Assembly: GCA_038231135.1 (NCBI GenBank)
Contig: JBBRLX010000003.1
Location: 1 to 64,000 of the forward strand
Direction of reading: 5' to 3'
Length of the DNA stretch: 64,000 bases
Origin: Candidatus Eiseniibacteriota bacterium
Lineage (GTDB): Bacteria > Eisenbacteria > RBG-16-71-46
Part shown: piece by piece, positions 40,607-49,935 of the stretch
How the letters are laid out: the number at the start of each line of letters is the position of its first letter
How positions within the stretch are numbered: position 1 is the stretch's first letter
Translations under genes and position numbers: made by a program
The notes under the pieces: model-generated
Seen by the model: only the letters and a program-made list of their open reading frames with translations
Told to the model about the DNA's origin: nothing
Database searches by the model: none

Positions 40607-40708
40607 GGCGGGGCATCCTTTCGAAATCGGGAATGGGGAGGCGACAGCGGGCTTAGGACCGGCAGGTGCCCGGTCTACGCGGCCGCGGCCGTGACCGGAT
40701 GAGCGGCG

Positions 40709-41554
40709 TCAGCCCGGACGCCGCGCCAGCAGCCGTGACGTCCAGGGTCCGCCCGCGGGGGACGGCTCATCGTAGCGAACCACCTCGAGTCCGGGAAACG
40801 CGGCGCGCAGCTCGCCCGGCTCGAGCAGGAACCGCCGGCGCTGCGGCTTGCCGAACCGTTCCTGCCCGGCGCGGTAGGTCTCGTAGATCAGGTGGCCGCC
40901 CGGCGCCAGTGCACGCTCGAGCCGCGGCAGCAGCGGGCGGTAGAGGAACCGGAAGCACACGATCAGGTCCCACGCCGCGTCCGGCAGCGGCGAGTCCGCG
41001 GCTTCGAGATCGCACGCCAGCGTCCGCAGCGTGACGCCGGAGCGCTTCGCGAGCGCCTGCGCCCGGCCCAGTGCCAGGGTGTCGAAGTCCCACGCCTCGA
41101 CATCCCAGCCGCGGCCGGCGAGGAACACGGCGTCGCGACCCGAGCCGCACGCCAGATCGATCGCGCGGCCGGCCGCGGGCAGCAACGGCAGCAGCTCGAC
41201 GAGGAACGGATTCGGCCGCCACAGCGGCACGGCGGGCGCGCGATCGGCGGCGACGCCGGGGACGGCGTCCCAGGGCGCCGCGAGCCAGCGCACGTCGTGG
41301 AATCCGAACGCCACGAGCCGCAGGGCGCCCGCCGCCGCCGCGGCGGCGGATTCGGCGACCACCAGCACCGGCGCCTCGCGCGGCGGCAGCTCGGCGCGGC
41401 GCGCGGTCAGATCGGCGCCCGCCACGTTCCCGCTGCCCGGCAGGTGACCGGCTGCGAATTCATGCTCGGCCCGCACGTCGAGCACCGCCCGGCGGCCCAT
41501 GTGGAGCGCGGCATCATCGGGGACGATGGGCTGCGGCGCCTCGGTCATCGGCAT
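40709..41554 (-). CDS. Rhodanese-like domain + class I SAM methyltransferase (TehB-like) fusion
   Basis: LDVRAEHEFAAGHLPGS, then AIDLACGSGRDAVFLA...DLIVCFRFLYR...PGGHLIYETY. Confidence 0.8.
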   Translation of the reverse strand: MPMTEAPQPIVPDDAALHMGRRAVLDVRAEHEFAAGHLPGSGNVAGADLTARRAELPPREAPVLVVAESAAAAAAGALRLVAFGFHDVRWLAAPWDAVPGVAADRAPAVPLWRPNPFLVELLPLLPAAGRAIDLACGSGRDAVFLAGRGWDVEAWDFDTLALGRAQALAKRSGVTLRTLACDLEAADSPLPDAAWDLIVCFRFLYRPLLPRLERALAPGGHLIYETYRAGQERFGKPQRRRFLLEPGELRAAFPGLEVVRYDEPSPAGGPWTSRLLARRPG

Positions 41555-41556
41555 CG

Positions 41557-42642
41557 TCAGGAGATGATGGGAAGCTCGCAGCAGTCGCCGGCGGGAATCG
41601 GCTTGCCGTGCGGACACTCGCGCGGGTGCCCGAGGTAGGAGCAGATGCTGTTCGTCACGCCGGCGTCGATGATGTGCTCCATGCGGCATGCCGCCAGCTC
41701 GACTTCGGGGTCGGGAATCCGCATCGCCGACGAGAACAGCACCTCCGCGAGCCGCCGGCGCCGCACCAGGTCGCGCGCCTGCCCGCGTCCGCGCGGCGTG
41801 AACTCCAGCGCCGGGCCGTGCTGCACCATGAGCCCGCTCTCCATCATGCCGAGCAGCGTGCGGCGATTGTCGACCACGTCGGGAATCTTGACGCGCTCGG
41901 CGTCCGGCACGCGGCCGTCCTCGGTCAGCGTCCACATCTGGACCAGCACCTCGTCGTAGCGGCGCTCGATCTCCTCGCTCGGCACGGTGAGGTCGGCGAG
42001 GCGGCCGTGGTGCAGCTCCACGCGGCGGTCGGCCAGGTGCCCGACCTTGGGGGCGTGCGTGACCGTGACCAGCGTATGGCCGTCGGCGTGGAGCTGCTGC
42101 AGCAGCCGCAGCACCTTGTCCTCGTTCTCGGCATCGAGGTTGCCGGTGGGCTCGTCGGCGAGGATCAGCGCCGGCTGGTTGATCAGCGCACGCGCCACGC
42201 ACACCCGCTGCTGCTCGCCGCCCGACAACTGCGACGGCAGGTGTGTGGCGCGATCGCCGAGCCCCACGCGCTCGAGCGCGGTCGTCGCCTCGCCCGCGTC
42301 CGCGACCGAATGATAGTGCTGGGCGACCATCACGTTCTCGAGTGCGGTGAGGTAGGGGAACAGGTGGAACTGCTGGAAGATGATGCCGACCTTCTCGCGG
42401 CGGTAACGCACGCGGTCGCTGTCGCCCATCGCCGAGATCTCGAGGCCGTCCACCAGGAGCCGGCCCGCGGTCGGGCGGTCGAGCGCGCCGAGCAGGTTCA
42501 CGAGCGTGCTCTTGCCGGAGCCCGACGGCCCCATCACCGCCAGCCACTCGCCGCGGCGGATCTCGAGATCCACCGCGTCGAGCGCCTTGAGCGACGCGAA
42601 CTGCCGCGACACCTGCTCGAACCGCACGAGTTTGTCGGTCAT
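41557..42642 (-). CDS. ABC ATP-binding protein (LolD/MacB-like) fused to a DtxR/MntR-like metal-binding dimerisation domain
   Basis: GPSGSGKST, LSGGEQQR, ADEPTGNLD. C-terminal RRLAEVLF...ACRMEH...LGHPRECPHGKPIP. Confidence 0.88.
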   Translation of the reverse strand: MTDKLVRFEQVSRQFASLKALDAVDLEIRRGEWLAVMGPSGSGKSTLVNLLGALDRPTAGRLLVDGLEISAMGDSDRVRYRREKVGIIFQQFHLFPYLTALENVMVAQHYHSVADAGEATTALERVGLGDRATHLPSQLSGGEQQRVCVARALINQPALILADEPTGNLDAENEDKVLRLLQQLHADGHTLVTVTHAPKVGHLADRRVELHHGRLADLTVPSEEIERRYDEVLVQMWTLTEDGRVPDAERVKIPDVVDNRRTLLGMMESGLMVQHGPALEFTPRGRGQARDLVRRRRLAEVLFSSAMRIPDPEVELAACRMEHIIDAGVTNSICSYLGHPRECPHGKPIPAGDCCELPIIS

Positions 42643-42649
42643 GCCGGTG

Positions 42650-43798
42650 TCAGTCCCCCTTGAGCGCCATCGCCGGCTCGATCCCGAGCGCGAGCCGCAC
42701 CGGCCCCAGGCTCGCGATCGCCGCGACCAGCAGCGACAGCGCGATCACGATCAGCGGCACGTCCCAGCGCGGCACCACGATCGAATGGAACACCTCGCGG
42801 CCGATCACCTCGGCCATGCCGAGCCCCAGGATCCAGCCGGCGACGCCGCCGAGCACGCCGATCGCCAGCGACTCGACGGCGAACTGCCGCACGATCTCGC
42901 GCCGGGTGGCGCCGAGCGCCTTCATCAGCGCGATCTCGCGCCGGCGCTCGAGCGCCAGGTCGGTGAGCGAGCCGAACGCGCACAGCCCGGCGGCGACGAG
43001 CGCCGCGATCGTGACGAGCGCCATCAGCCGCCGCATGCGGTCGAGCAGCCGGCCCTCGGTGGCGGTGAGCGCGTGCAGCGGCAGCACCGCCAGGTCGCCG
43101 TCGCGCTCGAGCCCCCGGGCGAGCGTCGCCGCGTCGCGCGCGTCGCCGTCGACGCGCGCCTGCACCACGCTCGCGCGGCCGGGCTCGGCGCCCAGCGCCT
43201 GGGCGGTCGCGAGCGGGATCCACAGCGCCTCGTCGTCCGCGCCCCCGGCGTCGAGCGCGGGGCCCGCGACGACGTCGGCGCTGCGGGCGCCATCGAGGCT
43301 CTCGAGCTTCACGTGTGCTCCGGGCGCCAGCCCAAGCCTGCGCCCCAGCCGCGCTCCGACCCACGACGGCTGCGGGCCGGCCGGCAGCTTCCACGACGGA
43401 TGCAGGCGCCGCGACGCGGCGAAGTCGGCGCCGATCACCTGGAGCGGCTGGCGGCCTGTCCGCGCCGCCACGTAGAGCAGCGGGGCACCGTCGACGCCCG
43501 TCGTGCGCAATCGCCCGAGCGCGTCCGCGGCGTCGAGGAACCGTCCGCCCGTGGCACCTTTGGCGGGCACCACCAGCAGGTTGGGCCCCAGCGAGCGCAG
43601 TTCGCGCGTGAGCTTGCGCGACACGTCGCCCTGCACGTGCAGCAGCGCCGACGCCACCGACGCGCCGATCGTCACCGCCAGCACCGCGAGTCCCGCGGTG
43701 CCGCGCTGGCGCCACAGCGCGCCGCGCAGCAGCCGCGCGTCCATGCCCAGCGATCGCGAACGGCCCGGCGTCCGTGTGCCCGGCGCGCGCTCAGCCAC
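42650..43798 (-). CDS. ABC transporter permease (FtsX/MacB family)
   Basis: ELRSLGPNLLV, ERRREIALMKALGA...E, C-terminal EPAMALKGD. Start may be 43744. Confidence 0.88.
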   Translation of the reverse strand: MAERAPGTRTPGRSRSLGMDARLLRGALWRQRGTAGLAVLAVTIGASVASALLHVQGDVSRKLTRELRSLGPNLLVVPAKGATGGRFLDAADALGRLRTTGVDGAPLLYVAARTGRQPLQVIGADFAASRRLHPSWKLPAGPQPSWVGARLGRRLGLAPGAHVKLESLDGARSADVVAGPALDAGGADDEALWIPLATAQALGAEPGRASVVQARVDGDARDAATLARGLERDGDLAVLPLHALTATEGRLLDRMRRLMALVTIAALVAAGLCAFGSLTDLALERRREIALMKALGATRREIVRQFAVESLAIGVLGGVAGWILGLGMAEVIGREVFHSIVVPRWDVPLIVIALSLLVAAIASLGPVRLALGIEPAMALKGD

Positions 43799-45044
43799 GC
43801 AGCACCTGCGCCGGATCGAGCCGCAGCGCCATGCGCAGTGGCGCGAGTGTGCCCAGGATCGCGACCGCCACCGCGATCAGGATCGCGAGCGGCAGCAGCA
43901 GCGGCGAGACGACGGAGGCGGTGCCGAACGTGTCGCCGCGGATCGCCGCGGCGCCCGCCATCCCGAGGCCCCAGCCCAGCACGCCGCCCGCCAGCGACAC
44001 CAGCAGCGTCTCCGCCAGCAGCAGCGTCGCGATCTGCGCCGACGTCGCCCCGAGCGAGCGCAGCAGGCCCAACTCGACGCTGCGCTCGACCACGGTGGCG
44101 GTGCTGGTCGACAACAGCCCGAGCACGGACGCCAGGATCGCCGCCGCCGCCAGCAGCAGCATGAGCAGGTTGAGCCGCGTCACCACGGCGCCCTCGCCCG
44201 ACACCATCTCGGTCATCGGCAGCACCTCGGTGTGGGGGATGCTGTTCTGCAGCGCGCGCGCGACCACGTCGGGATAGGCGGTGCACATGTGCTTCTCGTA
44301 GCCGGCGGGGTCGCGGCGCGGGTCGGGGATGGACTTGGTGCTGGGCGGCCGCACCAGCGCCGACAGCCACACGCGGTCGATGCCACCCGCGCCCGCGAGC
44401 GGCTCCAGGCGTTCGAGTGGCAGCCATGCGCGGTCGGCGTCGGCGGGCTCCACAGCCACGAGTCCGGTGACGCGCGCCGTGGCCGTGGCGCCGCCGACGG
44501 CCAGCGTCACGCTACTGCCCGCGCGCACGCCGTTGCGCTCCGCCCATGCGCGGTCGACCGCGATCTCTGCGGCGCCGTCCGCGGGCCAGCGGCCCGTCAC
44601 GCTCCAGTTGGGCCGCAGCCGCGCGAGCCCGGTGCGCCAGTCGCCGTCCTCCACGCGGATCGTGCGGTCGAACCACGTTCCGACCAGCGTCACGTCGTGG
44701 CCGGCGAGCCGGCCCGCGACCGCGCGCTCGGGTGCGGCCTCGAGGATGTTGTTGCGCCAGAACGTCGACTTGAGCTTCGCCACGGCATCGGTGCCGAGCA
44801 CCAGGCCCGCGCGCGCCGGCTCGACCTCGGCGCCGCCGAGGTTCAGCGCCCAGCGCGCGCCGGCGGGCAGCATCACGAAGTTGGGGCCCGCGGCGCGCAG
44901 CGTACGCGCCAGATCGTCGCCGACCTGGAGCGCCAGCGTCGCGAGCGCGATCGACACGGCGACGCCGAGCGTGACCGCGAGCAGCGCCAGCACCAGGCGC
45001 CCGCGCCGGGCGCGCAGCGACGAAGCCAGCATGCGCCCGAGCAT
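43791..45044 (-). CDS. ABC transporter permease (FtsX/MacB family)
   Basis: FWRNNI, MCTAYP, ERSVELGLLRSLGA, LDPAQVLRG. Confidence 0.88.
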   Translation of the reverse strand: MLGRMLASSLRARRGRLVLALLAVTLGVAVSIALATLALQVGDDLARTLRAAGPNFVMLPAGARWALNLGGAEVEPARAGLVLGTDAVAKLKSTFWRNNILEAAPERAVAGRLAGHDVTLVGTWFDRTIRVEDGDWRTGLARLRPNWSVTGRWPADGAAEIAVDRAWAERNGVRAGSSVTLAVGGATATARVTGLVAVEPADADRAWLPLERLEPLAGAGGIDRVWLSALVRPPSTKSIPDPRRDPAGYEKHMCTAYPDVVARALQNSIPHTEVLPMTEMVSGEGAVVTRLNLLMLLLAAAAILASVLGLLSTSTATVVERSVELGLLRSLGATSAQIATLLLAETLLVSLAGGVLGWGLGMAGAAAIRGDTFGTASVVSPLLLPLAILIAVAVAILGTLAPLRMALRLDPAQVLRG

Positions 45045-45046
45045 GC

Positions 45047-46318
45047 TCAGTGGCCCTTCAGGTGAGGCAGCACGGCGCGCAGGTCCAGCGTGCGGATCTC
45101 GAGCTGGCCGGCGGTTTCCTCATGGGGGAGTGGAATCGGGTTGCAGCCGCCGGTGCGGCCGAGCGACGCCAGCACGATCGGCGACGTGCAGTTGCGGCAC
45201 ACCGCATTGGTGCCACTCTCGAAGTAGCCCTTGTCGCCGCAGATCTCGCACGCGTCGAAGCAGGTGCGCACCTTGCCCCCGACGTCGATTGCGAAGAACC
45301 GGATCGGCTGCTCGGGCAGCACGACCTGATAGAAGTGCATGTGGCCGTCCGCGAGCGCCGCGTGCGGGAACGACACCACGCCGTTCACGACCGGCAGCGG
45401 CTCGGCCGGCGCCGGCCCGGGGATCTTGGACGTCTGGACGAACGCCACCGACAGGAACCCCACCACGATCAGCCCGACGATGCCGAGGTTGCGCCGCAGG
45501 CCCAGTTCACGCGTGCGCGCGGCGCGCGCCAGCCGCGCCTCGGGCCCCGTGGTCTCGGGCGCCACCGCCGCCGCCGCGACTTCGCTGTGCCCCGGTCCGA
45601 ACAGCAGCCAGCCCGCCGCCAGCGCCACGGTGAGCGTGAACAGCAGCAGCTCGTTCTTGACGATCGGCCCGATGATCGCCATCTCGGAGCGGCTCGACGG
45701 CAGGAACTGGCCCTCGGACAGCTCGTGCAGCCCGCCCACCAGCAACTGGATGCCGATCAGGATCAGCACCGCGGAGGTGAGCGAGAAGAACGGCTTGAGC
45801 GGCACGCGCAACGTGCCGCGCGCGAACAGCACGCCGAACACCACGGCCAGCGCGAGGCCCGTCACGGCGCCCAGCCACAGGCCGAGGCCGTGGCTGTTGA
45901 AGCTCGCGGCCGACAGGAAGATCGTGGTCTCGACGCCCTCGCGGAACACCATGCCCAGCGCGAACAGGAACAGCCCCGCCGCGTTGCGGCGGTCGCCGCG
46001 GCCGGTGACGGCGCGGTCGATGCCGCTCTGGATCTCGCCTGTGATGCCCGCCGCCGAGAGCCACATCCACCACACGAGGCTCACCACCAGCGCCGCGCCA
46101 ATCAGCATCGCCGTGCCCTCGGCCAGCTCCTCGTTGTAGGTGACGTGAGACGCCAGCCAGGCGCCCACGATCGACAACACGATCGCGACGGCGGTGCCGG
46201 CATACAGGGCCCAGTTCAGGCGGGTCAGCCCGCGCTTGCGCAGCAGGCTCAATGCGATCGCGAGCACGAGGGCGGCTTCCACGCCTTCGCGCAGGGTGAT
46301 TACCAGGGCTTCGAACAT
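45047..46318 (-). CDS. FTR1-family iron permease fused to a DUF2318 Cys-rich domain
   Basis: Two REGxE motifs (LREGVEA, FREGVET). C-terminal DACEIC...YF...CRNC...GGCNPIPL. GGAGG RBS. Confidence 0.88.
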   Translation of the reverse strand: MFEALVITLREGVEAALVLAIALSLLRKRGLTRLNWALYAGTAVAIVLSIVGAWLASHVTYNEELAEGTAMLIGAALVVSLVWWMWLSAAGITGEIQSGIDRAVTGRGDRRNAAGLFLFALGMVFREGVETTIFLSAASFNSHGLGLWLGAVTGLALAVVFGVLFARGTLRVPLKPFFSLTSAVLILIGIQLLVGGLHELSEGQFLPSSRSEMAIIGPIVKNELLLFTLTVALAAGWLLFGPGHSEVAAAAVAPETTGPEARLARAARTRELGLRRNLGIVGLIVVGFLSVAFVQTSKIPGPAPAEPLPVVNGVVSFPHAALADGHMHFYQVVLPEQPIRFFAIDVGGKVRTCFDACEICGDKGYFESGTNAVCRNCTSPIVLASLGRTGGCNPIPLPHEETAGQLEIRTLDLRAVLPHLKGH

Positions 46319-46325
46319 GCGCGGC

Positions 46326-46847
46326 TCAACCTCCGTTGCGGGTGCCGGCGCGACCGGAGCTGGGTCGCGCGGTCCGGCGGGATTTGGCGGTGGCGGCGCG
46401 GCGCAGGCGCAGGGCCGCCGCCGCGGCAGCGGGCGACTCGATGCCGACGAGCGGCGCGCCGTCGATCTGACGCCACGCGTGGCAGGAGCGCGGCGCGCAG
46501 AACCCGAACGCCGATTCGTTGAGCGCGTACACCTGCGACTTGCCGTCGCGGCGCACCCGCACGATGTCGAGATCGCGCAGGATCCGCAACTGGTGCGACG
46601 TGGCCGACAGGCTCGTCCCCAGCGCCTCCGCCAGCTCGGTGACGCACAGGTCCTCGAGTGACAGCGCGTAGACGAGTTTGCTGCGGGTGGGATCGCCGAG
46701 CGCGCGGAACGTGCGCGACAGGCGCTCCACCTGCGCGTGGTCCTCGAGCGCGCGGCCGACGCGCGCGGCGCGCGCCGGATCGATCGGCTCGGGGCGCACC
46801 GTTGCGGGGGCGCCCCGGGTTGAACGCTTGAGAGAATGTTCACGCAT
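46326..46847 (-). CDS. ArsR/SmtB family metalloregulator
   Basis: FRALGDPTRSKL...LCVTELA...SLSATSHQLRILR...RRDGKSQVYAL. Start may be GTG 46799. Confidence 0.88.
   Translation of the reverse strand: MREHSLKRSTRGAPATVRPEPIDPARAARVGRALEDHAQVERLSRTFRALGDPTRSKLVYALSLEDLCVTELAEALGTSLSATSHQLRILRDLDIVRVRRDGKSQVYALNESAFGFCAPRSCHAWRQIDGAPLVGIESPAAAAAALRLRRAATAKSRRTARPSSGRAGTRNGG
46821..46842. promoter_or_regulatory. Candidate ArsR/SmtB operator (imperfect inverted repeat)
   Basis: TGAACGCT-TGAGAG-AATGTTCA, an AT-rich TGAAC...GTTCA dyad at the 5' end of arsR. Confidence 0.4.
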
Positions 46848-46896
46848 GAGCGCAGATTCGCCGATCGGCCGGGCGGCCGTCAAGCGCGGGTCGCTA

Positions 46897-46958
46897 GGGG
46901 GTGACAGAATCACTGCGGAGTCATGTCGCACGCATTCCGCAGTGATTCTGTCACCCCC
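46897..46958. repeat. Perfect 23-bp inverted repeat with 16-nt spacer (REP/MITE-like palindrome)
   Basis: GGGGGTGACAGAATCACTGCGGA (46897-46919) and TCCGCAGTGATTCTGTCACCCCC (46936-46958). Confidence 0.9.
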
Positions 46959-47084
46959 CAAGTGCGCTCAAGAATCCGCGCGCGGAAGCCCGGTCCGCCG
47001 CGTCCGGATTCCAGCGGTTGACAGCCCGCGAGCCGCTGTCGATGATCGAATGAGTCCGGGCGCCGGCACACATTGGACCACCGC

Positions 47085-49061
47085 ATGATCCTTGCGTCAC
47101 ACGGGATCCGCGGGCGACGCTCGCCCGGCCGGATCCTCATACTCACACTTCTGCTGCTGACCGCCGTCGCGTCCGCACCGCGCGCCGCGCCGGACCGCCG
47201 TGTCGAGGCCCAGCAACTCCACCTGCATGCCCAGAGCATGCTCGAGCGCGGCACCATCGAGGGCCGCCGCACGGCGATCGCCGACCTCGAACAGGCGACG
47301 CTGCTCGATCCCGGCAATCCCGGGTACGAGCTGGCGCTGGCGCGCGTCTACTACCAGGTCGGGTTCCTCAAGTCCGCGCGCCGCCGGTTCGAGCGCGTGG
47401 TCCGGATGATGCCGAACGACGCCAACGGCCGGTTCGGGCTGGGCCAGGTGTGGCGGCGGGACTGGCTCAAGTACCTCGAGCCCGCGTCGCTCACCCGCGC
47501 GACCGATCACTTCAACGCCTGCTGCCGGCTGCGGCCGGGATTCACCGACAGCTGGCTGATGCTGGTGCCGCTGCTCATCGAGCAGCACGATTCGACCGCC
47601 GCCTACGCCGCCGCGATCCAGGCGCTGCAGTCCGACGAGCGCCGTCCCGACGCGCTGCTCGCGCTGGCCTACACCGCATACCACGTCGGCCAGCTCGAGC
47701 GCGCCGACAGCGCGTTCGACCGCGCGATCCCGCGGATGCCGAAGAGCGTGCGCGACCGGTTCGACGACATCAGCCCGGTCGCGAGCGCGCGCGACACGTT
47801 CACGCTCCACCGGCTGCCGGAGTCCGAGCAGAACGAATTCGTGCGGCGGTTCTGGAAGGACATGGACCCCGATCTCGCCACGCCCGAGAACGAGGCGCTG
47901 CTCGCGTACCGTGCGCGCGTGGCGCACGCGTACTTCCTGTTCTTCAACGTCAAGCTGCGGGAATGGGATGAGCGCGGCGAGGTCTACGTGCGCTACGGCC
48001 CGCCCGAGAAGGTGACGTACAACCCCGTCGGCATGAACCTGAACGTCACGCACGTGACCGACGGCGTGTGGTCGAGCGCGAGCTCGTTCCCCGCGAACGT
48101 GCTGCTGTGGGAGTACCCGTCGCTCGGCATGGAGATCACGCTGCAAGACCGCACGCTGAGCGAGTACTACATGCTGCCGATTTCGATGGACCACGATCCC
48201 GACCCGCTGCCCGATGCCGATTCGCTCGCCGCCCACGGCGACCAGCTCGCGTCGCGCAGCGGCCGAGGCGTGTTCCCGATGCTGCCGCCCGGTGTGAAAC
48301 CGCTCGACGTCACGGGCACCGTCGCCCGGTTCGAGACCGAGAAGACTCCGCAGTTGCTGGCGCAGATCGAAGTCGCGGGCTCGCCCGTGGACAGCCAGTG
48401 GGTGGACTGGGCCGTGCTCGATTCCATGCGTCACGAGGTGGCCCGCAATCACCGCACGCTGTCACCCTCGGCGTGCGACCCCACGACGCGGCGCGTGGCG
48501 GACTTCGCGACCGAGCTCAAGCCCGGCAACTACGTCGTCGGGATCACCGTGCGCGATGCACACGGCCGCCGGGGCGTGTTTCGTGAGGAGGTCAGCGTCG
48601 ATCCCGTGCTGCGGGAACTCGAGTTGAGCGACGTGGTGGTGTCGTGCGGCGCGCCCTACGTGGGCGCGGGTGGCGGGCGCACGGTGGCCGTGCGGCCCGA
48701 GGCGAACCCCGCCGCGCGTGTGGCCGCGGGCGAGCCGCTCACCGCGTATTTCGAGATCTATCACCTGACGCCGGGCGACGGCGGGACCTCGCGGTTCGAG
48801 TACGTGTACACCGTGAAGCCGGCGTCCCGCGACACGCGCATCTGGCTTGAGCGCGCGATCGCGCCGCGCCGGACGCCCGATCCCATCTCGGCCACGCGCG
48901 GCGAGGAGCAGCCGGGCACACTGCGCCGCCAGTTCGTGAGCGTGCCCGTGCAGGGATTGCCGCCGGGGAGATACCGGCTCGAGATCACCGTGCGCGACCT
49001 GGTCGCCATGACCGAGGCGAAGACGCAGGTGGAGTTCGTGAAGACGGCGGAGGTGCGGTAG
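47085..49061 (+). CDS. Secreted TPR + GWxTD-like domain protein
   Basis: Signal peptide and TPR-like helices. FWKDMDPDLATPENE...RVAHA...WDERGEVYVRYGPP. Ig-like C-terminus GRYRLEITVRD. Confidence 0.75.
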   Translation: MILASHGIRGRRSPGRILILTLLLLTAVASAPRAAPDRRVEAQQLHLHAQSMLERGTIEGRRTAIADLEQATLLDPGNPGYELALARVYYQVGFLKSARRRFERVVRMMPNDANGRFGLGQVWRRDWLKYLEPASLTRATDHFNACCRLRPGFTDSWLMLVPLLIEQHDSTAAYAAAIQALQSDERRPDALLALAYTAYHVGQLERADSAFDRAIPRMPKSVRDRFDDISPVASARDTFTLHRLPESEQNEFVRRFWKDMDPDLATPENEALLAYRARVAHAYFLFFNVKLREWDERGEVYVRYGPPEKVTYNPVGMNLNVTHVTDGVWSSASSFPANVLLWEYPSLGMEITLQDRTLSEYYMLPISMDHDPDPLPDADSLAAHGDQLASRSGRGVFPMLPPGVKPLDVTGTVARFETEKTPQLLAQIEVAGSPVDSQWVDWAVLDSMRHEVARNHRTLSPSACDPTTRRVADFATELKPGNYVVGITVRDAHGRRGVFREEVSVDPVLRELELSDVVVSCGAPYVGAGGGRTVAVRPEANPAARVAAGEPLTAYFEIYHLTPGDGGTSRFEYVYTVKPASRDTRIWLERAIAPRRTPDPISATRGEEQPGTLRRQFVSVPVQGLPPGRYRLEITVRDLVAMTEAKTQVEFVKTAEVR

Positions 49062-49122
49062 GCCGGCCACTGCGACCGTACGGAGCAGCTGGGGCCAGGG
49101 AAAGGCGTTGTATCGGTAGGAG

Positions 49123-49935
49123 CTATCCCGGCTTCGCCACCCCCGGTCCGAACTCCCTCACGATCCCCTCCATCGCCCCCTGAATCCGTCCGTTGCTCGC
49201 GATGATCTCCCGGCGATCGACGGCGAACGCCTCGCCTTCCATGTTCGTCACGGTGCCGCCGGCTTCGCGCACCATCAGCACGCCCGCGGCCATGTCCCAT
49301 GCCGACAGGTGGCGCTCCCAGAAGCCATCGAACCGGCCGCATGCCACGTAGCACAAATTGAGCGCGGCCGAGCCGTCGCGGCGCACGCCCTGCGCGCGCA
49401 CGAGGAACGCCTGGAACAGCGGCATGATGGCTTCAGGGTTCTCGCGCACGGTGTACGGGAAGCCGCTCACGAGCAGCGCGTCTTCGATGCGCGCGATCGC
49501 CGACACGTGGATGGGCGCGCCGTTCCGGGTGGCGCCGGCGCCGCGGGCGGCGGCGAACAGTTCGTCGCGCGTGGGGTCGTACACGGCGCCCGCCACCAGC
49601 TCGCCGTCGCATTCGACGCCGATCGACACGCAGAAGAACGGGTAGTTGTGGGCGAAGTTCGTGGTGCCGTCGAGCGGGTCGATCATCCAGCGGAATCGCG
49701 ACGAGCGGTCGTGCATGCCCGATTCCTCGGCGAGGATCGCATGGTCGGGGAACCGCTCGCGGATGCGCGCCAGCAGCAGCGTCTCGCTGCGCCGGTCGAA
49801 CTCGGTGACGAGATCGATCACGCCCTTGTGCTCGGGGGCGTGCACGGTGCCGTAACCCTGAAGCAGGATCGCGCCGGCCTCGCGGGCGAACGCGCTCGCG
49901 GCGTCGCGCAGCTCGACGGGCGTTGCGTCCGTCAC
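49123..49935 (-). CDS. suhB: Inositol monophosphatase family protein
   Basis: DLVTEFD, ILAEE, WMIDPLDGTTNF, GSAALNLCYVACGRFDG, WDMAAG. Confidence 0.9.
   Translation of the reverse strand: MTDATPVELRDAASAFAREAGAILLQGYGTVHAPEHKGVIDLVTEFDRRSETLLLARIRERFPDHAILAEESGMHDRSSRFRWMIDPLDGTTNFAHNYPFFCVSIGVECDGELVAGAVYDPTRDELFAAARGAGATRNGAPIHVSAIARIEDALLVSGFPYTVRENPEAIMPLFQAFLVRAQGVRRDGSAALNLCYVACGRFDGFWERHLSAWDMAAGVLMVREAGGTVTNMEGEAFAVDRREIIASNGRIQGAMEGIVREFGPGVAKPG

Noticed and set aside
40709..42547. 612-aa ORF
   Set aside because: The N-terminal part is an alternate frame of the ABC ATPase; the real gene starts at about 41554.
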